A stretch of 64,000 nt of DNA from Candidatus Peribacteria bacterium (GTDB taxonomy: Bacteria > Patescibacteriota > Gracilibacteria > Peribacterales > Peribacteraceae), in contig SICN01000003.1 in assembly GCA_009691405.1 (NCBI GenBank), forward strand, positions 108-64,107, given 5' to 3'. The notes beneath the pieces were generated by a model. It was not told the DNA's origin, searched no databases, and was given only the letters and a program-made list of their open reading frames with translations. The first letter of the stretch is position 1; each line of letters begins with the position of its first letter. Both the position numbers and the translations under genes were made by a program. Positions 56,169-64,000 of the stretch are shown piece after piece.

Positions 56169-57596
56169 ATGTTCTATTTGAATACATTAGTTATTCAAAC
56201 ATTTTCTACGCTCGTCGAAGAAAAAGCCCATGCTATCATCTCTGCAGTGACCGACTCCCACCCCCACTGGCTCCGCTCCGCGATGATTGCAGGCATCGGT
56301 CTGATCATTGCAACCGTCTCCATTATTTGGGTAGGGCTCACTATTCGAGCGGTCGGACCTGAGACCCTCAGTCTTGCGTATCGTATCGATCCAAAGCAAA
56401 CGCTTGCATTCGTGCGAACAAACGACAGTGCAAGTTTGAAAGCGTCGATCGAAACAATGAATGTAGTTTTCAATGAGAAGAATGGAGCAATAGACTTTCT
56501 GAAACTTCCGGAAGGCACGTCCTACGAATACGCACTGATGCAACGTGCCGCCGAGGAACAACGAGAATGGGCGCTCTCGGTACACCAAAGAAATCAGGAG
56601 GAGACGATGGTGACATCAACGAGCGGAGCATCTCTGTTTCTCCCTATTCGGCAAATTAAGATGTCTCTCGGAGCATCGTCATTTTTTCGGACGCACGAGA
56701 AAGAGAGCGTGTTAGGCGTTTTCTACGTTCGACTCGAGACCGTGCCGGCTCTTGTCTCTTCGGAGAGCGGTCTTCTCGGTGGCATCCTGAAACCTTTCTC
56801 CTCCCTGCTTATCCTCAAGAAAGCAGACAGTCATCGGTGGATTCTGGAGAAGAAGGAAGGATCTCTCTTCACGAGCAATACGCCACTCATCGCTCTGCCT
56901 TCGAAAGATTCCTCTCCCCTCCTCGCAGTCTCGATTGGAAATCCGCAACTCCTCTTCGAGAATCTTGACCGCATCATGACAGAAAGGAATCCGTCCCTCT
57001 GGGAAGGCGTCAACGGAGTCATCAGACAGAAGCTGGAACACATCTCGAACCGCGAACTGTTTCGACACGGAGCACAGATCGCCATGATCGAAGAAGGAAA
57101 CGACACGCGCTTCGTGGTGCAAGGAAATGGAACGAGCACGGAAGAGGTAAAAAAGTGGATTCAGCGTGTCCTCTCATCGGAGACGCCGGCTGTGATCCGA
57201 GCGCGAACGCTGCTCCATGGGAATGCACGAACCGACATCACCGCATCGATGGAAACCATGACGCAAACGGAGAACGGTTGGCAATCGACGATCGGATCCG
57301 GAGCAGCGCTGCCATTCTCCATTGCGACCAAAGGAAGAACCGTGTTGTTTGGAAACGACGCCGAGCTTCTGAGGGACGCGATGGTACGAACTGGCAGTCC
57401 GATGCCACCGAAGCGAGGCATCCTGCAAGCGATACTGGATACCGGATGGCTACTCAGGCACCCTGGGACGACCCTGCTGTCTCCAGAAGAAGTGGCGCTT
57501 CTCCGGTCGATTGCGAGGAAAGTAGGCAAACAGATGACGGTGGAAGCGGACGACAGTCGGGAGACGGTGACCCTGGAGATCAAGACAACACTCTAG
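56169..57596 (+). CDS. Hypothetical protein, N-terminal TM anchor plus a large soluble domain
   Basis: The 475-aa protein has one TM helix (MIAGIGLIIATVSIIWVGLTI) and no further hydrophobic segments. It lies immediately upstream of secF. Confidence 0.55.
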   Translation: MFYLNTLVIQTFSTLVEEKAHAIISAVTDSHPHWLRSAMIAGIGLIIATVSIIWVGLTIRAVGPETLSLAYRIDPKQTLAFVRTNDSASLKASIETMNVVFNEKNGAIDFLKLPEGTSYEYALMQRAAEEQREWALSVHQRNQEETMVTSTSGASLFLPIRQIKMSLGASSFFRTHEKESVLGVFYVRLETVPALVSSESGLLGGILKPFSSLLILKKADSHRWILEKKEGSLFTSNTPLIALPSKDSSPLLAVSIGNPQLLFENLDRIMTERNPSLWEGVNGVIRQKLEHISNRELFRHGAQIAMIEEGNDTRFVVQGNGTSTEEVKKWIQRVLSSETPAVIRARTLLHGNARTDITASMETMTQTENGWQSTIGSGAALPFSIATKGRTVLFGNDAELLRDAMVRTGSPMPPKRGILQAILDTGWLLRHPGTTLLSPEEVALLRSIARKVGKQMTVEADDSRETVTLEIKTTL

Positions 57597-57640
57597 ATCC
57601 TCTGGAAACCCTCCGCAGTTCCCGCTACCCTCGCTTGCGC

Positions 57641-58543
57641 ATGACAGATTTTCTCAAACCAGCGAAGTACTTCTTCATTCTCTCAGCCACTCTCATGGTC
57701 ATCTCGGCCATACTCGTTTTCGTGCCGGGACCGAAACTGTCGATCGAGTTTACGGGAGGTACACGTGTACAGCTGCACGTAGCATCCGACACTGCAACCG
57801 CAGAGACGGTGCTCACGGCAGTGCAGTCCTTCGGCGAAGGCGACTTGAATCCGACGGTGAACAAAATGCAGAGTGGAGACTTCCTCGTGAGGCTCAAGGG
57901 CATCGACGATGCAAAGCACAGGTCCCTCATCACACACCTCACAAACAAAATCGGATCGTTCCAAGAAGTGCAATACACCACGATCGGCCCCACGGTCGGC
58001 GAGACACTGAAAATTCGCGCAGTGTACTCCCTGATTGTCGCCTCGCTCGGCATCATCGTCTACCTCGCATTCGCATTCCGTAAAATCCCTCGTCGCTACA
58101 GTCCGTGGAAATTCGGCGTGGTGGCAGTGATCACGCTCCTTCATGACGTGCTCGTGACCGTCGGCGTCTTCGTCATCCTCAGTCACTACACGAACTTCGA
58201 GGTCGATACGCTGTTCGTGACGGCACTCCTCACGATCCTCGGCTATTCGGTCAATGACACCATCATCATCTTCGACCGCATCAGAGACAATCTCTTCGTG
58301 CAGGAGCGCAAAGAGAGTTTCGCCATCACCTCCAATAAAGCGGTTAACCAAACTTGGAAGCGTTCGTGCTACACCTCCGGATCCACGCTCATCATGCTGT
58401 TCTCGCTCTTCTTCCTGGGCAGCGCAAGCATCCAGTGGTTCGTCCTCACTTTGATCGTCGGTATTCTACTTGGAACATACTCGTCGATCTTCGTGGCAAC
58501 CCCGCTGCTCGTGTATTGGAACAAACAGGAGCATCACTCATAA
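57641..58543 (+). CDS. secF: Protein translocase subunit SecF
   Basis: It contains IEFTGGT, six TM segments and the conserved GYS.NDTI..FDRIRE-like block (GYSVNDTIIIFDRIRDN). Confidence 0.88.
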   Translation: MTDFLKPAKYFFILSATLMVISAILVFVPGPKLSIEFTGGTRVQLHVASDTATAETVLTAVQSFGEGDLNPTVNKMQSGDFLVRLKGIDDAKHRSLITHLTNKIGSFQEVQYTTIGPTVGETLKIRAVYSLIVASLGIIVYLAFAFRKIPRRYSPWKFGVVAVITLLHDVLVTVGVFVILSHYTNFEVDTLFVTALLTILGYSVNDTIIIFDRIRDNLFVQERKESFAITSNKAVNQTWKRSCYTSGSTLIMLFSLFFLGSASIQWFVLTLIVGILLGTYSSIFVATPLLVYWNKQEHHS

Positions 58544-58562
58544 GAAGCATCTCACTCTCTCT

Positions 58563-59849
58563 ATGGAAACAAAAATCGAGAAACTGAAACAGGCACGCAT
58601 CAAAACGACAACCGTTGTTCCTGATACGGCAAAGAAAGCGGCAGAAGAACTGGCACTGAAGGCGCTGGCGCATCGGATTAAGATCAAAGGATTCCGGGAA
58701 GGTATGGCACCAGCGAATCTCGTTCGGGAACATGTGACACAGGAACAAATCATGGAGGAGACCGTTCGGCAGCTCTTGCCGGAGGTGATGAAAGACGCCT
58801 TCAAGGTCAGCAATGCCAAACCGATCATCCGTCCCGCCGCGAGTGTGGTGTCTCTTGAACCACTGACGATCAGCATCGTATTCGTCGAACGTCCGACAGC
58901 TGAAATGAAGAAGCCGGAGAGCATCAAAGTCGAGAAGAAGACGATTCCCGAGACATCTCAAAAAGATATTGATGCTTTCATCGGGAAACTCCTGATCCAA
59001 GACAAAGTCGAGACACCGGTCAGCCGTGAAGCAAAGAAGGGAGACAGCGTGACACTCAAGCTTGCAGCAAAAGATAAGGCCAGCAAACAAGTCGACGAAT
59101 TGACGGTCGGTCGGTACGCCGTAATCCTCGGAAGTGAAGACCTCCTGTCGGAACTCGAACCGCATCTTCTCGGCATCAAGAAAGGAGAGAGAAAATCCGC
59201 AGTCATCGAATTCCCGAAAGACCACGACATTCCCGGGATCCAAGGAAAGAAACTGACGATCGATCTCGAAGCGACCGAGGTATCCGAGGTGAAACTCCCG
59301 GAACTCACATCGGAGTACATCAAGTCACGCCTTGGTGCCGACCGCACGCCCGACGCTTTTCGCACGGAGGTGGGACAGATGCTCACGAATCAGAAGAAGA
59401 GTCAGGAAATGAAGAGACGTGAGGAAGAACTGTATGAAAAAGTGAAAGCTGCAACGAAGATCGAACTCGCTCCAGAACTGATCGACGCTGAGGTCCAAGA
59501 AATGGTGATCGATCTGCAGGAACGACTGAAAAGGCAGAACACCACCGTCGAAGACTGGCTGAAGGCAACGAACAAAGATCAGAAAACCGTATTCGATGAA
59601 ATGAAAGAGATCGCAAACAGTCGGATCGTCCTGCGCTTTGGGATGCAAGCACTCGCGGAATCGAAGAAGATCGTCGTCGATCCGACCGAGATCCACCTCG
59701 CGATGAAAGCCGAAATCACGCACGCCAAAGAACACGGTCATCCCCTCTCGGAAGCGGATCAGAAAGAAGGAGGCTCAGCCTACGAGCGCATCAAGTGGGA
59801 AAAGACGATGCAGAAGCTCGTAGAAGGGATGATCGGGGAGGAGAAGTAG
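58563..59849 (+). CDS. tig: Trigger factor
   Basis: The N-terminal ribosome-binding motif is GFREGMAP (GFRxGxxP). A central FKBP-like region and a C-terminal arm domain follow. The length is 428 aa. Confidence 0.88.
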   Translation: METKIEKLKQARIKTTTVVPDTAKKAAEELALKALAHRIKIKGFREGMAPANLVREHVTQEQIMEETVRQLLPEVMKDAFKVSNAKPIIRPAASVVSLEPLTISIVFVERPTAEMKKPESIKVEKKTIPETSQKDIDAFIGKLLIQDKVETPVSREAKKGDSVTLKLAAKDKASKQVDELTVGRYAVILGSEDLLSELEPHLLGIKKGERKSAVIEFPKDHDIPGIQGKKLTIDLEATEVSEVKLPELTSEYIKSRLGADRTPDAFRTEVGQMLTNQKKSQEMKRREEELYEKVKAATKIELAPELIDAEVQEMVIDLQERLKRQNTTVEDWLKATNKDQKTVFDEMKEIANSRIVLRFGMQALAESKKIVVDPTEIHLAMKAEITHAKEHGHPLSEADQKEGGSAYERIKWEKTMQKLVEGMIGEEK

Positions 59850-59855
59850 GCACTG

Positions 59856-61799
59856 CTATGCCCACCGCATTTTCACCTTCCTCTCCCTGTTCGCCGCTTT
59901 TGTCATACGACATCCTTCTTTGTGGATATTCACAATCCCCGCTCGCGTCACGATCCCGAGAATTTCTTTCGGCTTCGGGCTTGCGCTCTCGGCTGCACAA
60001 CATTTCGCAAAGCGGTACGGCATCTTGAGATTCTTGTCTTCAAACAGCACAAGATCTTTTAGCAATTTTATTTTCGAAGCAGACTGACTTTTCGCTGATT
60101 TCGACGTCGCTGCATTCTGCTTCCTCGGAACTCGTATCGGAAGATGCCGAAGAATCGACGATGTCTTCACCGAACCCATCCCGACTTTCACAAGAAGATC
60201 TTCGCGCTGCCGAACACTCAAACTTTTCCCATCAAACGTGCCGATTGCCGTGTAGTCGTTGTCGAGCACAGGGAGTCCTCGGGTCAAGAGCTCGACATTC
60301 ACATTCTCTCTGCCTTTTTCCAGAAACTGCGAACGGTTATGCGAGAAAAAGTAGGTCTTGAGCTTCGCACGCGCCGACGGTGTCACCAATTCCTGCGTCC
60401 ACTGAAGCGACGGTCGAGGATATTTATGGGTTTGAATCTCGATGACATCTCCGTTCTCCAGCTTATGAGACAGAGGCACGATGTGTCCGTTCACTCGAGC
60501 CGCTTTGAAGCGGAGCCCCAAATCGGTATGGAGCATGAAGGCGAAGTCGAGCGGGGTGGCCGAATCGGGGAGTTCGATGATGTCTCCGCGTGGCGTGAGA
60601 ACATAGATGTCATTCACGAGACGACTCTGTGCCTTCTCTCCTGCCTGCACGACGGACCACACACTCTGCTGACGCAGGATGACATCGCTCATATGGAGCT
60701 GGCTTGCAGCGGTACGGATCACCACACCTGTCTTCCCGTCTTCTTTGTAGAGCCAGTGCGATGCGACACCGTACTCGGCTTCGCGATGCATCTCGCGTGT
60801 GCGGATCTGCACTTCGATGATCACATTCTTCGGCGCATCGGGAAGCCCGATGAGACTCGTATGGAGACTCTGGTACCCGTTCGGCTTCGGAAACGAGATG
60901 TAATCTTTAAACCGGTGTGAGATCGGTGTACCGATACGATGCAAAAGTCCAAGCACCTGATAACAGTCGCCAACCTCAGGGACAAGAACGCGAATGGCGA
61001 AGAGATCGGTGATTTTGGTAAGTCCCGTGATGCTCTTCGTGTGCATCTTCTGAAAAATACTGTAGGGCTGTTTCTCACGCGCCATCATCTCAGTCTCGAT
61101 CCCTTCATCGGACAGGAAACGACGGAGACTTTCCATCGTCTTCGGCAGAAAATCACCGTGTTCCTTGTGAAGATCCAAAAGCTGCTCTCCGATGTGCGTT
61201 GCATCTGTCGGATAACATTCGGGGAATGCATCGCGCTCGAGTCGGTATTTGATGGCATAGATACCGAGGCGCGCCGCAACCGGTGCAAAAAGCTGCAGCG
61301 ACTGTCTGCAGAGACGGTTTCTGTACTCGGGCTTCACATCGTTGATGTGCCGAATGCTGTCGCACGCGATCGTCAGTGCGATGAGGAGAATGCGCACATC
61401 GTCCGAGACCGACACCAGCATGATCTTCATGTCATCGACGGACTTCCGCCAATCGCTGGTACTGAGGTGTGAAAGCAAGTGGATACGACTCACCATATCG
61501 CGCACATTGCGACCGAACTCCTCGGCAAGATGACCGAGCACGTGATCGGGGAATTTGAGCGTGTGCTGGAGGATGCAAGCGATGACCGCATCGTTGTCGG
61601 GGCAAAACTCGATGAGCTCTTCGGCAACATCGACAGCATGCTCAAGAAGCGTTCTATCCCGCATCAGCATGTACGGACGATCTCCGTAGAGATCCTGAGC
61701 AAAGTGAAGCGCATTCGTGCAACGTTCGGTGTCAAGCGTAAGGAAAGCTTTTTGGAGCCTTTCAAGCATCAAATCGGTGGAGGCGAGAACGCTATGCAT
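59856..61799 (-). CDS. Bifunctional RelA/SpoT-family (p)ppGpp synthetase/hydrolase
   Basis: It has an HD-domain region and a synthetase block (R.K...SI..K......DL.AIRV, GYQSLHT). A TGS region (V.TP.G....LP.G.T..DFA) and a C-terminal ACT-like domain follow. I chose the ATG at 61799. Confidence 0.9.
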   Translation of the reverse strand: MHSVLASTDLMLERLQKAFLTLDTERCTNALHFAQDLYGDRPYMLMRDRTLLEHAVDVAEELIEFCPDNDAVIACILQHTLKFPDHVLGHLAEEFGRNVRDMVSRIHLLSHLSTSDWRKSVDDMKIMLVSVSDDVRILLIALTIACDSIRHINDVKPEYRNRLCRQSLQLFAPVAARLGIYAIKYRLERDAFPECYPTDATHIGEQLLDLHKEHGDFLPKTMESLRRFLSDEGIETEMMAREKQPYSIFQKMHTKSITGLTKITDLFAIRVLVPEVGDCYQVLGLLHRIGTPISHRFKDYISFPKPNGYQSLHTSLIGLPDAPKNVIIEVQIRTREMHREAEYGVASHWLYKEDGKTGVVIRTAASQLHMSDVILRQQSVWSVVQAGEKAQSRLVNDIYVLTPRGDIIELPDSATPLDFAFMLHTDLGLRFKAARVNGHIVPLSHKLENGDVIEIQTHKYPRPSLQWTQELVTPSARAKLKTYFFSHNRSQFLEKGRENVNVELLTRGLPVLDNDYTAIGTFDGKSLSVRQREDLLVKVGMGSVKTSSILRHLPIRVPRKQNAATSKSAKSQSASKIKLLKDLVLFEDKNLKMPYRFAKCCAAESASPKPKEILGIVTRAGIVNIHKEGCRMTKAANRERKVKMRWA

Positions 61800-61830
61800 G
61801 GAAGAGAACGAAGTATAACACAATCCGCAG

Positions 61831-61859
61831 TTGACATCTCTCCCCGTCTTGCGTATGCT
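61831..61859 (+). promoter_or_regulatory. Sigma-70-like promoter for the rplJ-rplL unit
   Basis: The sequence is TTGACA, a 17-nt spacer, then TATGCT. It lies 164 nt upstream of the rplJ ATG. Confidence 0.55.
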
Positions 61860-62022
61860 TTGGTCAAGTCCGAAGACCGGAGGTACTAGGCCCCAGGCTG
61901 AACGTAAACCCTCCCGAGGAGTACAGCAGCGCTCACCCGGCTCCGGCTTGGTGGATCGTGCCGTGTTCCTCGCTGGTCTCCCGGACGGAGATCAGCTTTT
62001 TTTTGACCCCAAACCCCCTACT
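61860..62022 (+). promoter_or_regulatory. Candidate ribosomal protein L10 leader (autoregulatory 5' UTR)
   Basis: A GC-rich untranslated region of about 160 nt lies between the promoter and rplJ. It ends in a terminator hairpin. The position matches L10-leader logic, but I did not verify the fold against a model. Confidence 0.4.
61972..62004 (+). terminator. Intrinsic terminator/attenuator 18 nt upstream of rplJ
   Basis: The 10-bp stem is gctggtctcc / ggagatcagc with one G-U pair. The loop is cggac and a T8 tract follows. Confidence 0.65.
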
Positions 62023-62625
62023 ATGGCTCTCTCTCGCTCTCAGAAGGCTCTGCAGATCACCGAACTGAAGGACAAAATGTCCAAAGCGTCCTCTGTCATC
62101 TTCACCCAATACTTAGGGTTAACGGTTGCCGACATCACCAAACTTCGTTCGGCACTCAGGAAAGAGCACGCCGAGATGCAGGTTGCCAAGAAATCCCTGA
62201 TCCAACTCGCAGCAAAGGAAGCCAAAGCCCCGGAAATCACAGACGAGATGCTCCCCGGCGGCATCGCGTGCATCTTCAGCATGAAAGAACCGACTGCAGG
62301 CGCCAATGTGGCGTATATATTTGGCAAAACACATCCCCCGATCAAGCTGATCGGTGGAATTTTCTCCGGAAAAATCCTCTCGCAGACCGAAGCCAATGAC
62401 CTCGCCACGATCCCAAGCAAGCAGATCCTCCTCGCGACGTTCGCCTCGATGTGTATGAGCCCGCTCGTCTCCTTTGCATCCGCCTGCAGCAGCCCGCTCA
62501 CAGGATTTGCAAGACTCCTAAGCGAGATCGCAAAGAACAAAGCAGCAGAAACTCCTGCCTCGGCAGAAGCAGTCGTTGCCGCCACTCCGGAAACTGCAGC
62601 ACCCGCAGCTGCCCCCACTGTGTAA
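62023..62625 (+). CDS. rplJ: 50S ribosomal protein L10 with an Ala/Pro-rich C-terminal extension
   Basis: It opens MALSRSQK and contains V.F.QY.GLTVADITKLR..LR. I chose the ATG at 62023. Confidence 0.9.
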   Translation: MALSRSQKALQITELKDKMSKASSVIFTQYLGLTVADITKLRSALRKEHAEMQVAKKSLIQLAAKEAKAPEITDEMLPGGIACIFSMKEPTAGANVAYIFGKTHPPIKLIGGIFSGKILSQTEANDLATIPSKQILLATFASMCMSPLVSFASACSSPLTGFARLLSEIAKNKAAETPASAEAVVAATPETAAPAAAPTV

Positions 62626-62659
62626 TCTATTTTTATCCCCTCTTTTTCCCCTTATTCCT

Positions 62660-63049
62660 ATGTCAGACGCATCCACCCTCACAAAAGAGGAGCAGGCAGT
62701 CATCGACGCACTGGAGAAACTCAACGTCATCCAGCTCAATAACGTCGTGAAATTCATGGAGAAGCAGTACGGCATCTCCGCAGCCGCTCCGGTCGCAGCA
62801 GCAGCCGCCGCTCCTGCCGCAGCCGCAGCAGAAGAGAAGTCCAGTTACGATGTCGAGCTCACCGACGCCGGTGCACAGAAGATCGCCATCATCAAAGTCG
62901 TCCGCGAGCTCACACAGCTCGGTCTCGGCGAAGCCAAAGACTTAGTCGACAAGGCTCCGTCCATGCTCAAGAAGGGTGTCGCAAAAGATGCCGCAGCCGA
63001 CATGAAGAAGAAGATTGAATCAGCCGGAGGAAAAGTCACGCTGAAATAA
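62660..63049 (+). CDS. rplL: 50S ribosomal protein L7/L12
   Basis: It has an N-terminal dimerisation helix and an Ala-rich hinge. The C-terminal domain reads KIAIIKVVRELT.LGL.EAKDLVD.AP..LK.GV.K..A...K..IE.AG. Confidence 0.93.
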   Translation: MSDASTLTKEEQAVIDALEKLNVIQLNNVVKFMEKQYGISAAAPVAAAAAAPAAAAAEEKSSYDVELTDAGAQKIAIIKVVRELTQLGLGEAKDLVDKAPSMLKKGVAKDAAADMKKKIESAGGKVTLK

Positions 63050-63066
63050 TCCCGAAGAAAACAGAA

Positions 63067-63095
63067 AGAGGGACCAATTCCTTGGTTCCTCTTTT
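63067..63095 (+). terminator. Intrinsic terminator after rplL
   Basis: The 10-bp stem is gagggaccaa / ttggttcctc with one G-U pair. The loop is ttcc and a T5 tract follows. Confidence 0.7.
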
Positions 63096-63322
63096 TCGAC
63101 GATAGAAACACCGAAAAACTCTCTCCATCTTACATTCCGCCTGCTGCGTACACGTATCCAAGAATCACGAGCGCAACTGCCATCACGAACGAGAGAAGCG
63201 CGGGAGAAAAATGTTTTCTCATAAAAATAAAGGAAGGAAGGAAGGGAAAGATAAAACACCGATAGCTTATGCCAACGCCGGCAATGCTGTACAACGGGGG
63301 AAAAAGCAAACACCAGATTCTC

Positions 63323-63351
63323 TTGACGAAAGAGCATCAAACAAATACAAT
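63323..63351 (+). promoter_or_regulatory. Candidate sigma-70-like promoter upstream of the zinc-ribbon gene
   Basis: The sequence is TTGACG, a 17-nt spacer, then TACAAT. It lies about 105 nt upstream of the ATG at 63457. Confidence 0.4.
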
Positions 63352-63456
63352 GCCTATGCAAACGCGTCCTGAATGATAGTCCTATCCGGAAGAACCCGAA
63401 AAAGCTAGAAATGAAGGAACGTATGCAATTTTACTTCCTTTTTTTCTTTCTTTTTT

Positions 63457-63750
63457 ATGGCTGATCAACAGATCACCTGCCGCGATTGCGGCGCAGCCTT
63501 TACGTTCACCGAGGGTGAACAAGCCTTCTACGCAGAGCGCGGTCTCGCTGCACCCCAGAGGTGCAAGGACTGCCGCGACAAGCGCAAGCAGGAGAAAAAC
63601 GCGACGAGGCAGATGTTTCCTGCAACCTGCGCCAAATGCGGCACAGCTTGCGAGGTTCCATTCAAACCACGTCCGGAATCCGAGGGCGGACGCCCTGTGC
63701 TGTGTTTGAACTGCTTCAAGGCAGAGAAGAACAGCGGCGGTGCCATGTAA
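63457..63750 (+). CDS. Zinc-ribbon (CxxC-x17-CxxC type) protein
   Basis: The first half reads CRDCG..F.FT.GEQAFY...G...P.RCKDCR..RK. A second set follows (C.KCG....VPF.P......PV.CL.CF). Confidence 0.7.
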   Translation: MADQQITCRDCGAAFTFTEGEQAFYAERGLAAPQRCKDCRDKRKQEKNATRQMFPATCAKCGTACEVPFKPRPESEGGRPVLCLNCFKAEKNSGGAM

Positions 63751-63772
63751 GCATCCGTTTGATTCTGAAAAA

Positions 63773-63794
63773 CCCCGTTTTCACGGGGTTTTTT
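63773..63794 (+). terminator. Intrinsic terminator after the zinc-ribbon gene
   Basis: The sequence is ccccgt-tttc-acgggg followed by a T6 tract. Confidence 0.7.
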
Positions 63795-63831
63795 ATTTGG
63801 AGTATGATGTTCTCCGTTCCCCTTCTCTCCT

Positions 63832-64000
63832 ATGTCCGCCTACGACCAACTCATCGCGCTCATGAACAAGCGTCGGAGCATCCACTATTTTTCAAATGAA
63901 CCGCTCGACGAAAGTACACTCACGAAAATTCTGGAAACAGGGAGGATCGCTCCCAGTGTCGAGAACACTCAACCGTGGCATTTCCATGTCATACGAGATT
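63832..64000 (+). CDS. Nitroreductase-family protein (3' partial, runs off window end)
   Basis: The frame is open from the ATG at 63832 to the window end. The translation is RRSIHYF....L.....KILE.GR.APS..NTQPWHF, a typical nitroreductase N-terminus. Confidence 0.75.
   Translation, partial: MSAYDQLIALMNKRRSIHYFSNEPLDESTLTKILETGRIAPSVENTQPWHFHVIRD

Noticed and set aside
63020-63361. The 113-aa minus-strand ORF overlapping the rplL 3' end and terminator.
   Set aside because: It overlaps the rplL coding end and an intrinsic terminator. It has odd composition and no start context. Only the internal 30-codon hydrophobic frame (a different reading frame) was kept, as a low-confidence note.

Overview
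The window is a densely coded bacterial chromosome segment of about 52% GC. It uses the standard genetic code, since conserved genes end at TGA at their expected lengths. The gene content and broken operon synteny suggest an uncultivated, reduced-genome (possibly CPR/Patescibacteria-like) lineage, but I cannot assign the lineage from sequence alone. All protein calls rest on my reading of the supplied translations for family motifs; no database was searched.

**Gene content by region**
- **1-14.6 kb:** a sugar-modification and glycosyltransferase locus. It holds FkbM and C-methyltransferases, an SDR epimerase, a DPM1-like GT2, a nucleotide-sugar dehydrogenase, two GT-C membrane transferases, further methyltransferases and two paralogous GT2 genes. 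trpS and an RluA-family gene interrupt it.
- **14.6-21.4 kb:** a ZIP transporter, tRNA-Val, flavodoxin plus a two-subunit 2-oxoacid:ferredoxin oxidoreductase, a frameshifted metallophosphoesterase, pdxS/pdxT and dcd.
- **21.4-30.8 kb:** hypothetical proteins, a DsbA-like protein, dnaX, 5-formyl-THF cyclo-ligase, glyA, dgkA, uppP and an SLH/Calx-beta surface protein.
- **30.8-40.5 kb:** a hicB-hicA pair abutting a 563-aa Cys-rich protein, then a convergent block of gyrA, rpmE, hrcA (with a CIRCE-like operator) and a VirD4/TraD-like P-loop ATPase. rsmI follows on the plus strand, divergent from gyrA.
- **40.6-44.9 kb:** an M23 peptidase, ruvA, pgi and trxA.
- **44.9-48.8 kb:** an AT-rich islet at tRNA-Ala and two archaeal-type PurP paralogs.
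- **49-64 kb:** surface and lipoproteins, a PfkB kinase, a TPR protein, a 738-nt non-coding gap, secF, tig, relA/spoT, an rplJ-rplL unit with a promoter and attenuator leader, a zinc-ribbon protein and a partial nitroreductase.

**Features outside normal annotation**
- Several families of palindromic REP/MITE-like elements fill the intergenic spacers. One copy sits in frame inside the ATPase gene.
- A 14-nt tandem repeat occurs in two separate spacers.
- No CRISPR array, rRNA gene, integrase or transposase was seen.
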